Positions 9,894 through 20,960 of a stretch of 36,369 nt of DNA are shown here, one piece after another. Every line of letters begins with the position of its first letter. Position 1 is the first letter of the stretch. A program made the position numbers and the translations under genes. The notes below the pieces were generated by a model, which had not been told where the DNA came from, made no database searches, and saw only the letters and a list, made by a program, of their open reading frames with translations. The stretch spans positions 1 to 36,369 of the forward strand of contig JBDHUX010000001.1 in NCBI GenBank assembly GCA_039809405.1. Direction: 5' to 3'. The stretch is from Candidatus Absconditabacterales bacterium. GTDB taxonomy: Bacteria; Patescibacteriota; Gracilibacteria; Absconditabacterales; Absconditicoccaceae.

Positions 9894-11420
9894 ATGAGTA
9901 TTATTATAGTAGATCAGCTCTCTAAGAGCATTATAGAACTATCTGATCGGAAATTCATAGCTATAAATGGAGATTTTGATAGTATTTTAGATATAATAAA
10001 TAAAAAATATAAATGATTACACCTTCCAAATATGTATGTAAACTATATACCATGTTTTGATAAAATAGCTTTTAACATCCCCATGATAGTCTTAAGTACA
10101 TTACATCAGAAAATATTTATAGTTAACCAAGATTTATTCAAAAAAAATAAACCAAATGATATCCTTTGACGATTAATATGATTTAATGGAGACATTATAA
10201 ATAAAATAAATAGAAAATATGATATTTCTTTATATGGAAATAGCTGATTTTTTTCAAAGTTTCAAAATATTTCAATAAATAATAAAAATGACTTAATTGC
10301 TCATTCTATATACATAGATACCTATAAAGAATGAAATCTCTGGAAAAGCAATTCTCTTATTTCCCTACAGTATTTACATAGTAATAACAATATAGCCCTA
10401 TCTGAGTCTGCATGAAGTTGAGTTTCTAAAATCAAGGAAGCATCTGTGCAAAAATCTTTATCTGAGGTTTTAGAAAGATTTTCTGCATGAATTGTTCCAA
10501 GTGTATCTATATCAGAGGATATAGCTATAGCGAAAAATATTATTGAATTATATATATGAAAATTTGCTTTACAAGAAGCATATGATTTATATGATATAAT
10601 TGATTTATATACTAAGAACAATTACAGAATCCCTTGAGACTTACTATTTTATCCATATCCATATAAACAATACATCAATACTAGTTCTAATGGCATGGCA
10701 TGTCATATAAGTTATACTTTGGCAATTGAAAATGCTCTATTCGAACTTATAGAAAGAGATACATTTGTATTATCTTGGTTACTAAAATCGGGAATATATA
10801 TAATCAATAAAAATGCAAAAATCTCTGCACGAATAAAAAAATACAACCTTGCTGAATTCGATGTACAGTTATTTATTTTAAAACTTGATAATCCTATACC
10901 AGTTGTCTTATGTATTGTTAGGAAAAACAGTAAAATAAGTACTTCACTGGGCGCTCACTATAGCTTGGATATGGCTATCAAAAAATCTCTCATGGAATCA
11001 TGACAATTTAATATAGAAAATATATTATCAAATTGAAGCAATAACAATAAAGACGATATGATTTATATGCACTTAGAATATTATTTGGATGACAATAATT
11101 TCAATAAAATAGAATGGTATTTTGGATTACCATGAATTGACTATAAACATGCTAGGTGATTGTTCCCTTTATATACAAGCGCAAAAAAAATTATTACTCA
11201 TTATTATAAATTATGAATCAATATATATTGCTATAAATATAAAAATCCTATACTTAAAGTTTTTAAAAGATATTGTGTTAGGGTGATATCTGACAACTTA
11301 TTATATATTTGGTTTGGTAAAAAAGTTCCAGATCCTATTTTAAAATCCAAAAGACTTAAATATCGAAAAAAGTATTTTAATGTAAAATCTTTAAACCTAG
11401 AGATACATCCATTTGGATAA
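9894..11420 (+). CDS. YcaO-domain cyclodehydratase (SagD-like), 508 aa
   Basis: SESAGSGVSKIKEASVQKSLSEVLERFS and TSSNGMACHISYTLAIENALFELIERDTFVLSW are hallmark YcaO ATP/Mg motifs. The C-terminus ...LNLEIHPFG resembles the PxPxP tail. About 135-170 aa precede the YcaO domain. Confidence 0.9.
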
Positions 11421-11473
11421 TTTTTATATATTATTCTCTACGGTATTTTTTGTATTGATTTTTCTATTATATC

Positions 11474-11914
11474 TTATTTATATGTATTTTTTTTATAGAG
11501 TGTATTTTTATCCAATTTGATAGTTATAATATCATTACTTGAATTAGATGACTTGTCTATACTAGTCTTTAGAGTATCAAATAGCTCTTTACTTATACCT
11601 AGTCCATGTCATATTTTGGCAATTAATATAAGACTACTTGATCACAGTAGATTTATTAAAAATCCTATATCGATATCTCATCACTCTTTATACAGTAGAT
11701 ATGTATGTGCTATTCAAGCGGTATAAGTTCACAATTGTCATGTGCTGGCAAGTATGTGTCATATATAAGTAGTTTCTTTGTTTGATATAAATTGTTTTCA
11801 TCTCAATATCTCTCATATCATCTTTACTCCACCAAATATAGGTATGAAATTAAGTCATCTAGTGCGAGCCTGATCTATAGATAGCCTACTTATCTTTTCT
11901 TTTATATTATACAT
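11474..11914 (-). CDS. hypothetical 146-aa ORF, or a decayed remnant of the secA 3' region
   Basis: Open only under table 25. It has 11 TGA in 146 codons, against 18 in 586 for secA by my count. MYNIKEKISRLSIDQARTRGLNFIPIFGGVKMIGEILRGKQF... shows only a faint echo of the SecA GGL.IIGTERH. Antisense to track ORF 11517-11726. Confidence 0.3.
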
Positions 11915-11951
11915 AATTATTTATATTACTATTTTCACTTCTTAGTTATTA

Positions 11952-13712
11952 TTATCTTATATTTTCCAAAGCTGACATAATCAAATCATATTCATATTTA
12001 CTGTTTATATCTAGCTGTACACTATTTCATTTTTTTATTTCAGATGCAACTCGCTTAGCATAATTTTCCGCAAGTTTCTCATTCAATCCTTTATCAAGCT
12101 TGATATCCGTACCTCTTCAAGCCATATTGGTAGCAACCACCACTCATCAGATCTTACCTGCATTACCAACTATATCAGCCTCTTGTTCGTGAAATTTTGC
12201 ATTTAAGACATAGTGATTTATATTTTGTTTTCTGAGTAATTCCGATACAAGCTCTGATGTATATACTGAGGATGTTCATATCAAGATAGGCTGACCTATT
12301 TCATGATAATATTTTATATTATCCACTACAGAGCTCCATTTTGCATTCTGGTCAAAGAAAACCTTGTCGTTCCTATCTACTCTTAATATCTCTCTGTTTG
12401 TAGGTATAGATATTGTTTCCAATTCGTATATTTTTTCAAACTCTTCAGCTTCTGTTAGGGCGGTACCGGTCATACCACTGATTTTTTCGTACAATTTAAA
12501 GAAGTTCTGATATGTTATACTACCAATTGTCTTTGCTTCATTTTTTATTGATATGCCTTCTTTGGCTTCTATGGCTTGATGTAGTCATCATTGAAATCTT
12601 CTACCAGGCATAGTTCTACCTGTATTCTCGTCAACTATAAGTACTTCATTACCATGCACTATATAATCTTTACCATTTTCATAAGCTCATCTTGCCAATA
12701 ATGCATTTTCTATATGATGTATCTCTTCATATCCAAGATCTCTGTATAGATGCTCTACGCCTAGCATGTTTTCCAGCTTGCTTATGCCGTGTTCCGTGAG
12801 CGAGACAGATTTGCTTTTTTCGTCTATAAAATAATCACCTCAATCATCCTGATTATCTTCATCTTTTTTATCTTTTAACATCTCAGCCAAAAATCACTTA
12901 CTCACTTTCTTTTTGCTTGCACTAGGTACTAAATTTCTGATAACTTGGCTATAATGCACATATTTATCTATAGGATCGTTATTTGGTTGTGATATGATCA
13001 TAGGTGTACGAGCTTCGTCTATCAATACACTATCTGCCTCGTCAACTATAGCATAAAAAAGTCATCTATTCATAAGCCTTCTATTTTCTACTTTCTTTTC
13101 TAGATTATCCCTAAGATAATCGAAACCCAACTCTGTATTTTCTACATAAACTATATCTTTTTCATATTCTATTTTATGATTTTGTAGGGGAGTGTGCTTT
13201 GTGATAGATCATACAGTGAGACCCAATCGGTTGTATAGATATCACATCCACTCCGCATCGCGACTAGCTAAGTAATCATTGACAGTCACTATGTGCACGC
13301 TTTTACCAGTCAGTGCATTTAAATACGCTGGAGCAACAGCAACTAATGTTTTACCCTCTCAAGTTTTCATCTCCGCTATCTTACCTTGATGTAGTACTAT
13401 TCCTCATATAAGCTGTACATCATATGGTAACATATCCCACACCAACTCTTTGCCTTTTACATCCAACTTCATCCCCAACATCCTTTCACAGGCTGATTTT
13501 ACTACTGCAAATCACTCTGGTAGTAATGCGTCCAAAGATTCCCCATCTTTATATCTTTGTTTGAACTCATCAGTTTTTGCTTTGATTTCATTATCAGATA
13601 ACGATTTATATTTCTCATACCATATATTGATCTCTCATACGATCGGATTTATACTCTTGAGTTGTTTTTCATTATAATCTCAAGTTATTTTATTTAGTAT
13701 CCAGTTTATCAT
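11952..13712 (-). CDS. secA: preprotein translocase ATPase SecA, C-terminally truncated (586 aa; ends after helicase motif V)
   Basis: [43 protein letters not shown] (Walker A), [21 protein letters not shown] (DEAD), [48 protein letters not shown]. The ORF then runs ...[17 protein letters not shown] and stops at TAA 11952-11954. It lacks the [25 protein letters not shown] motif VI and the scaffold, wing and C-terminal domains. Confidence 0.85.
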
Positions 13713-13931
13713 TTTATTTATTTAGTTATAATTGATATAAATATAATCTGATTTTTATCTATTATTTATTTTATAGTTTAAATTTAAGATTTATAGTCTG
13801 AAGTATCTATACTTATATTATTAACCAAGTCATTTCTTGCCTATAAAATTCAAATATCATCATTTAGTATTTGGATTCTTATATATTTTTTGACATGGTG
13901 AGCTTATTGAAGCGGTATAATGATTATTGTA

Positions 13932-14408
13932 CTAAAGAGCTCTGTCTACAAGTCGCTTGAACCAAGGTATTTTTTCTCATATATCCAATACATCATTTGA
14001 TACTTCTTGGTTATAACCATCTCTCGTTATATCAGCAATATGTTTTACTTGTTGATCTATCTCTTTCTGATTATTTATATTAGATATATCTACATCTTGT
14101 AATTTTCATACCTTAATATTATCTTTTTTAATAATTTCTGATTTGTCAAGTTTAATTTTTTGTTTATCGAGCTGACTATTTATTTCTCTGAGTAACTTAT
14201 TAGCCCTATCTATATTGATATTTTCACCATTTATAAACCTCTCTAAGTTGGAGATCATATTGTTAATCGATTGTTTTTGAGATGGCTGATCGCTGATTTC
14301 ACTAGTTTGGAGTCTACTTTTTAACTCTTCAAATTGTTTTTTTATATCTTGCGCATTAGGATAAAGCGAGCTATCTTCTATATTATTATTTTTATCTATT
14401 TCATCCAT
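13932..14408 (-). CDS. coiled-coil hypothetical protein, 158 aa
   Basis: Extends track ORF 14106-14408 through one TGA to TAG. Heptad-like, charged: QFEELKSRLQTSE...LLREINSQLDKQKIKLDKSEIIKK. Divergent from the 14587 gene. Confidence 0.5.
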
Positions 14409-14496
14409 ATTTTAATCTTATTATCTATATATTTTTATATTTGCTATCTATATATTTCGACAATATAACTATTTATAATCTGATATCAAACAATAT

Positions 14497-14525
14497 TTGA
14501 CAAAATCAGCTACCTTGATTATAAT
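14497..14525 (+). promoter_or_regulatory. consensus sigma70-type promoter for the 14587 gene
   Basis: TTGACA (14497-14502), exactly 17 nt spacer, TATAAT (14520-14525). About 60 nt upstream of the ATG. Confidence 0.55.
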
Positions 14526-14586
14526 TGTAATAATTTATACTTTGCTATAGTTTTGATACCATATATTTACCAATGAAAGATTTATT

Positions 14587-17463
14587 ATGAAAAGGTTGGA
14601 TCTATCCATATATGCATCTGAAATACTTGAGCAAAATGCTACAGGTAATATTTCTGCGCCTGGTGAGAGTGTAAATCACGTAACTCTTGATGTATCTAAA
14701 GTGACTACAGAACAACTCTCCAAAGAGATTTCTAATTTAAAAAATGAAGTTCAACAACTTAAAACATCAAAATACTATACTGAAACAGCAGAAACAAGAG
14801 AAGATGTAAGACTACAACTTGCACAACTAGAGTGAGATTTAAAAAATTACACAGGGTTGTCTGATATAGCTGATAGAGTAGAAGATGGTAAAGTTAGTCG
14901 TGGATTTCTATGAATATGATGAGATGATAGGAAGATAAGAAAAGCTATCAAAAGGATAGATAGATTTAGAGCTGACATGGAAAAGATAAAAAAACAACTT
15001 GGCATCACTACACCCAAGTCATGAACTAGTGCAATCCCGAGTCTACCATCGGCAAAGTTTGACGAAAATGGCGATATAATCATAGATAAACCAGCTAATA
15101 CTCCAAATAAACCAAGTGCGCAATTAACCGCATTGAAGAAGTCTTGAAAAGAAAAAATTAAAAACTGAGAAACTCCTACTGCAGAAGAATTTCAAGCCAT
15201 GTGAGCAGAGTGAGCTGTTACGAACTATATCACTCAGTACACCAATGCTACTCCGAAACAAGCAAAAACTATTGCTATGATTTGAGCTGGTGCTGCATTA
15301 TTTTACGGCATTAAGCGACTTATCAAAGATGGATTTAGTGCCAAGACATTTTTGAAATTATGATGACTTTATGCTGGTATCACTATGGCGACATGAGAAA
15401 ATCCTATAAGTTTCCTAACTAAATTTTATAAGTGATGATCTTATGCTATCCCATGAGTAATCTCCAAGGAAGATGCAAGCAAACTTGCAAACAGCCAGCT
15501 CAATCAAACAGTTTGAAAACAAGCCCTTATGGAGAGTATATTTACATGATTTAAAAAACCAGAAGATCTCACGAGATATTTATGATATGAAAATGGTCAG
15601 TTTGCTTTTGATACAGATAAATTTTTTGCTGATGCAAATGTCAATCCAAACGATTTCTATGAAAATGTGCTGTCAAACAATATCCCTGTTTGAAAAGATG
15701 TACTACTATCTGTGCTATGTGCATACAAAAAACAGAAACCGTGAGAGTTAAATAAAATTATAAACGATTATCTTGTATGAGATTTGCAAGTTGATGGTAG
15801 TATACTAAAAGATCCAAACTTATTAAAAACCAAAGTTGATGATTATCGAAAATTATATAAAAAAGATCTAGCTATCAGAAAACAAGAGTTTTTCAAAAGT
15901 AACCCAGGCCTAAAGGTTGTTGCTGACATGGAAGCTCTTGTAGATCAAGAGATCATGAAAAAAGATAGTATAGTAGATGCCAATGGTAAGGTTACCAAAA
16001 ATTATCATTACGATATACCTACTATTGCTGGTAAAACCGCTTTAGAAACTACATTGAAACAAGCATGACTTATAGAAGCAGTTCCTTATGGAGTAAACAC
16101 CGCTCTACAAAAAGAAGATGAGGCTATGCTAAATAAAGTACTAAATCATATGATAAATCAAACAGAGAAAGACGAATTTATCAAATGATTTCTTGAAGCA
16201 AAATCGGAAAGTGGAGCCAATGATTTGAAGATAGTTAAAAAAGGTAATGATATCTATATCCAAAATAGTTGATACAAAGTTCCATTGGTGTGAGATAGCA
16301 ATAAACTCATTGTGGACTTTTCAAGATATCTCGGTGGAAATAAGGTTCCATTTTCATTCACCTCTTATAAAGATGCTATACTTTTTGGTACTGGTTTGAA
16401 CAAACTATTTGATATGTCTGTAGGTAAGATAGATGATGATACTTTTTACAAATATGAGACATCAACTCAAACCGTTACTAGCGTAGAAAAAGATACACAA
16501 GGTAATCCAGTCAACAAAACTACTCAAAAACAGGTTACCACAAAAGTAGAGGATAAGGAAAAGATACAAAACTCACGACCGTTTTCTTATAGTGGATCCA
16601 AATTAACATTATATAATAATAATGGTACTATATCACAATTATTTTCATCTGGATTGAGTCCCATAAATAATATATTTAGCAAGATAGGCGCTTGGGAGGG
16701 CAATCTAAAAAATCAAATAACTGCTCTTGCAACAGCACTAAATAGTCTGACCTATGCTGACAATAATAATAAACCGATTTATGTAGAGTTCAAAGGTAAA
16801 CTACCAGAGGATATATTTTCAATATGAGATAATGGTCTACCTATTATACCTGATGGTATATGAAGAACTGAAAATATACAATATGCCCACTTATACGAAC
16901 TGTTTAAACTTAAAGCTGGAGATGTTATAAACGATATATGAAATTGATTGTACAATATAGTAAGAAAAACAGCTCAGTGAAGTATAGAGATGATTGGTTT
17001 GGTTGTAACATGACATAACTGAAAAACCTCTGTCGTGGAACTATCCAAAGATATACGAAATAATGCAATCAACCCAGCTGCAAGGAAGCTGTATTCAGAG
17101 GTAAAAACATGAATCAATACTGTACAAGGTGATCTTAGGGCACGATTGATAACAGAGTGAGCGAAATGGTATAGTGAAGTAATTGCTTGATGAGTTTCTA
17201 AACTTGCAAAAGATATAGCTACTTTTGTAAGCTATGCTGGCATACAAGTTGGTGATCGAGTTAAATGACTAGCAAATCGAGCTATTGATAACATACCACA
17301 ACTAGCTTGAAGAGCTTCTGAAAGTGTTCAAGCTGTGTTGAATGCCAATCCTATGCTAAGAACTTTAATACTAACTTATTTTGGTTCTTGGCTTACTGAA
17401 TGAAGCATATCTTGATCTTTAGCTTGAGCTGGTGCTTCTTGGATACGAGGTATGTTTAATTAA
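14587..17463 (+). CDS. large orphan membrane/coiled-coil protein, 958 aa
   Basis: One uninterrupted frame under table 25, checked codon by codon. It joins track ORFs 14587, 15784 and 16312; stop TAA 17461-17463. N-terminal coiled coil, hydrophobic segments AKTIAMIGAGAALFYGIKRLI and LKLGGLYAGITMATG, amphipathic helical C-terminal third, hydrophobic tail MLRTLILTYFGSWL. No catalytic motif recognised. Confidence 0.6.
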
Positions 17464-17488
17464 TAATTTATATATTTTTGTTTAACAC

Positions 17489-17905
17489 ATGATTAAAAAT
17501 AGAGTGGATAAATCAGAAAATAATATTAATACTTGAAAAAGAAGCAATAAATTAAGTAGATTGAAACTATATATTGCTCTATCATTATGTAGTTTATTTA
17601 GTATGTCATGCGATCCTGGTTTCAAAGGTGAGAGGAAAATAAAATGGGAGCATAATTACGAAATAGTGAGAGATATGTGAAAATGAAGATATTTTATTGA
17701 AGATTTAACAGATTGATCCGTATATCAATACTTTATAGTAAATGAATCCTGAACGTTACTTACCCCGGATATATATGATGAAATAAGAAAAAGTTGAGAC
17801 TTCTTGGAAGTTAGATTAGGTAACAAGTGGTGATTGTTGGATCGCAATACTTTAAAGTATGTTTCTGGGAAAGAAATGTGAAAATATACCCCCACAATAA
17901 ATTAA
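17489..17905 (+). CDS. lipoprotein with KWG/WG-type repeat, 138 aa
   Basis: Signal peptide plus lipobox: LKLYIALSLCSLFSMS-C. GNKWGLLDRNTLKYV resembles the WG-containing beta-repeat motif. Confidence 0.6.
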
Positions 17906-17959
17906 CATTTATTATAATTTTTATTAGTTTATAACTATTTAATTATTTTATTTACAAAA

Positions 17960-18979
17960 ATGACACCTACACATTTTAATACACCAAATAATATAACTAT
18001 AACAAGATTGAATCAACTTCTTGCTACTTATCGCCTAGCCCCTATAGATATAGAATGATTGATTGGTGATATAAATAGAACCAAAAGGATGGGCAGAAGT
18101 CGCGCCAGAGCTATCGCTAGATGAAGGATAACATGACAGATGAGGAGGGTAAGTCAGATCATAACAGATAGAGATAATAATAGACATGCTATGTGATTGT
18201 GAACTTCTACTCTTACTACTTTATCAGATGCGCACAATAGGAAAGCTCATTACGAATCTTTGGTCAATTCTCTTAATAACAGGATAAGTGATATAGATCA
18301 GACTATATCTCAACTTACTACTGCAATCACTGATGGTACCGATATAAGACAGAAGATCACAGATGCTGAGACCAAAAGTCAAATTGCTACTACGGTGACT
18401 ATACCTAGATTGACCGCTGAAAATACGACACTTCAAACAAACTTAAACAATCTAATAAACGATAGAACTACCATATTGAACGATCTAACAACGGCTACAA
18501 CTGCTGCAGATGCAAATAATTTACATATGCAACTAAATTTAAAAAATCAAGAAATAGCACTAGCACAACAAGCACTAAACCAAAAAACTACAGAGTTATC
18601 AGATGCAGAGTCTGAAAGAATTTTGAACGACAATCTTGTAACCAACTTACGTGCATCCTTAGCTGGACACACTGCGCATCATGGAGCAGTAGGTAGGTGA
18701 GCAACTTGAAGAGATTTACATGACATTATCGATGATTTAAAGATAGACAGAGATGGGCTCATACAGCAGAGAGATCAGAATCAACTGGAGCTTGATCAAG
18801 CAGAACAAGATATCGTAAACCATCAGTATCTGTCCAATCTTAATATCTGAGGCAATGACGATGATCAGCTACTGAGATCTTATCTTGGTGAACTAGAAGA
18901 GTGACTTAGGACTATCAATGGTAGCTCAATGTTCCATAGGTTTAAAGATGAGATCAGAAGATTATTTGGCGGCGATTAG
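17960..18979 (+). CDS. Thr/Asn/Gln-rich coiled-coil protein, 339 aa
   Basis: Joins track ORF 18260-18700 with flanks through 9 TGA. Basic N-terminus (RTKRMGRSRARAIARGRITGQMRR) followed by a long heptad region (NSLNNRISDIDQTISQLTTAITDG...). Confidence 0.55.
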
Positions 18980-19015
18980 TATCTATAACTTAATTTATTA
19001 CTTGTTAGCTTGATT

Positions 19016-19663
19016 ATGGCTTGATTTGAAAATATAGATAACTTTATCCAAAGACAAGTAGAGATAAAAAGGAGAGAAGATGCATGAGAAGATGTCTCCG
19101 ATTTATTGTCTACCAACAATAGCAGGATTTTCAACGATGCTATAAACGACTTAGAGGCTTACGTACAATTGAAAGAATCACACACTGAACTCGCAAATTT
19201 TGCTGAGAAGATGGATGATTTTGGTGGTGATGTAGTTTTATGACAACTTCTAAAAAAATTTGGCGACATATGAGCTTGACTATTATCATATTTTAAATTT
19301 CGTAAACATATAAAAATTAACCAGCTAAGTAGGAAAGAAAAATGGAGGGTATATCAACCTATTATATTTGATTATCTTGTAAACAGAGCAACAAATAAAC
19401 TTAAATCAAGTAATAATGCATCGATATGAAAGGCTGCTTGAGTGATAGCTGATGCTTGGATAGATCAGATGTCCAAAGCAAATAAAGCAGGTGCAGATGT
19501 ATTTGATCAAGCTCTAAAAAATCTTGAAGAAAGACTTAGATATAGGTGATTAAAACAAGAAGATTTAAATCTACCATATGATACAATAGAAAAACTAAAA
19601 AATCGCCAGATCACATATATTAAAGACTTGCCAGAATGATATAAGAGAAAACATAATCTGTAA
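19016..19663 (+). CDS. hypothetical protein, 215 aa
   Basis: Open under table 25 with 9 TGA: MAGFENIDNFIQRQVEIKRREDAGEDVSDLL... Last gene of the orphan block. Confidence 0.5.
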
Positions 19664-19921
19664 ATTTGCTTTTTTTATTATATTTTTTATGTATTTTTGG
19701 CGTTAAGAAAATGTATATACTTCACTAAAAAAATAAATTTAGCTTACTGGCCTATCTTCATATATTTATCTACTTATATAAAAGTTCCATAATTTTTTCT
19801 TGAAAAAGCAAATGTTTTTTTTATTATAGTTCAATCTGGATATTCAGATATGTTTTTTATAATCAAAAATTACTAATTCCAGTCATATAGATTGCTATTT
19901 ATAATAAAATCATCATATTAT

Positions 19922-20347
19922 ATGCCTACTATTAACCAACTACTAAAACATTGAAGAACTAAAAAAAACTTCAAATCTAAGGCGCCAGCTTTACAATTTG
20001 GTGTAAATAAGTTGAAAATGAACAAAAAAATAAAAAGTCCTTCTCCTTTCAAGAGAGGTGTATGTTTGAAAGTATATATTGCTAAACCAAAAAAACCAAA
20101 TTCAGCACAGAGAAAAGTAGCCAAAGTAAGACTGTCCAATGGTATCGAGGTCATATCTTATATACCTGGTGTAAAGCACAATATCCAAGAACACTCTGTA
20201 GTAATGGTAAGAGGTGGGAGAGTTAAAGATCTACCATGAGTAAGATATCACTGTGTAAGAGGTAAATTTGACTTGAGTTGAGTAGAAGGTAGAAATCAAT
20301 CAAGATCTTTGTATGGAGCCAAAAGACCAAAGAAAAAGACAACATAA
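19922..20347 (+). CDS. rpsL: 30S ribosomal protein S12, 141 aa
   Basis: [78 protein letters not shown]. The two marked G are TGA at positions that are invariant Gly in S12. Confidence 0.97.
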
Positions 20348-20416
20348 AAATTAGTTTAGTTACTTAAGATGTCGTTAATTAATATAAATTTACTATAATC
20401 TGATTATATACATATC

Positions 20417-20884
20417 ATGGCAAAGAAATTTAAAAAAGTAGACCTATTTAGCTTACCATCAACCAATGATAAACAAGAGAAGTTTATAAATTTTATCATG
20501 AAAGGTGGAAAGAAAAATATCGCAAGGAAGATATTTTCCAATACTTTGGAGGAGATAAAAGCAAGCTGACACACCAATCCGCTTTTGGTATGGGAAACAG
20601 CGGTAGAAAATAGCTCTCCAAATGTGATGGTCAAGTCTAGGAGAATTGGTGGTGCGGTATATGCTATACCACTTGAAATAAAAGGTAGTAGGAGATATTT
20701 TCATGCTTGTAAGTGGATACTTGAAGCTGCTAGAAGTAAGAAAGGACAGCCTATGTACAAGAAACTTGCCAAAGAATTGCTTGAGTCTTACACTGGTCAA
20801 TGATATGCAGTAAAGAAAAAAGAAGAGTCACATAGAAATGCAGAAGCAAACAAAGCCAATGCTTATCTCGCTAAGTATCTATAA
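20417..20884 (+). CDS. rpsG: 30S ribosomal protein S7, 155 aa
   Basis: KFINFIMKGGKKNIARKIF...ENSSPNVMVKSRRIGGAVYAIPLEI...KKKEESHRNAEANKANAY are S7 signatures. Confidence 0.95.
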
Positions 20885-20960
20885 AATTAAAACTAGACAT
20901 GATTTGATTAGATGGTTAGATTAATATAGATTTGGCTATTGATATATTAAATACCACAAC

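Larger units (their letters stand above)
7807..11420 (+). other. TOMM/LAP-type (azole) RiPP biosynthetic gene cluster: precursor, peptidase, SagB-type dehydrogenase, YcaO
   Basis: Four co-directional genes spaced 12-72 nt apart. See the individual CDS entries for motifs. Confidence 0.8.

Noticed and set aside
15473-15751. Track ORF of 92 aa on the plus strand.
   Set aside because: It is out of frame inside the continuous 958-aa ORF (14587-17463), and its product is low-complexity.
14587-19663. Prophage remnant, with the 958-aa protein as a tail tape-measure protein.
   Set aside because: There are no terminase, portal, capsid, integrase or tail genes and no attachment-site repeats in the window. 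The resemblance is only compositional (long, helical, with TM segments).
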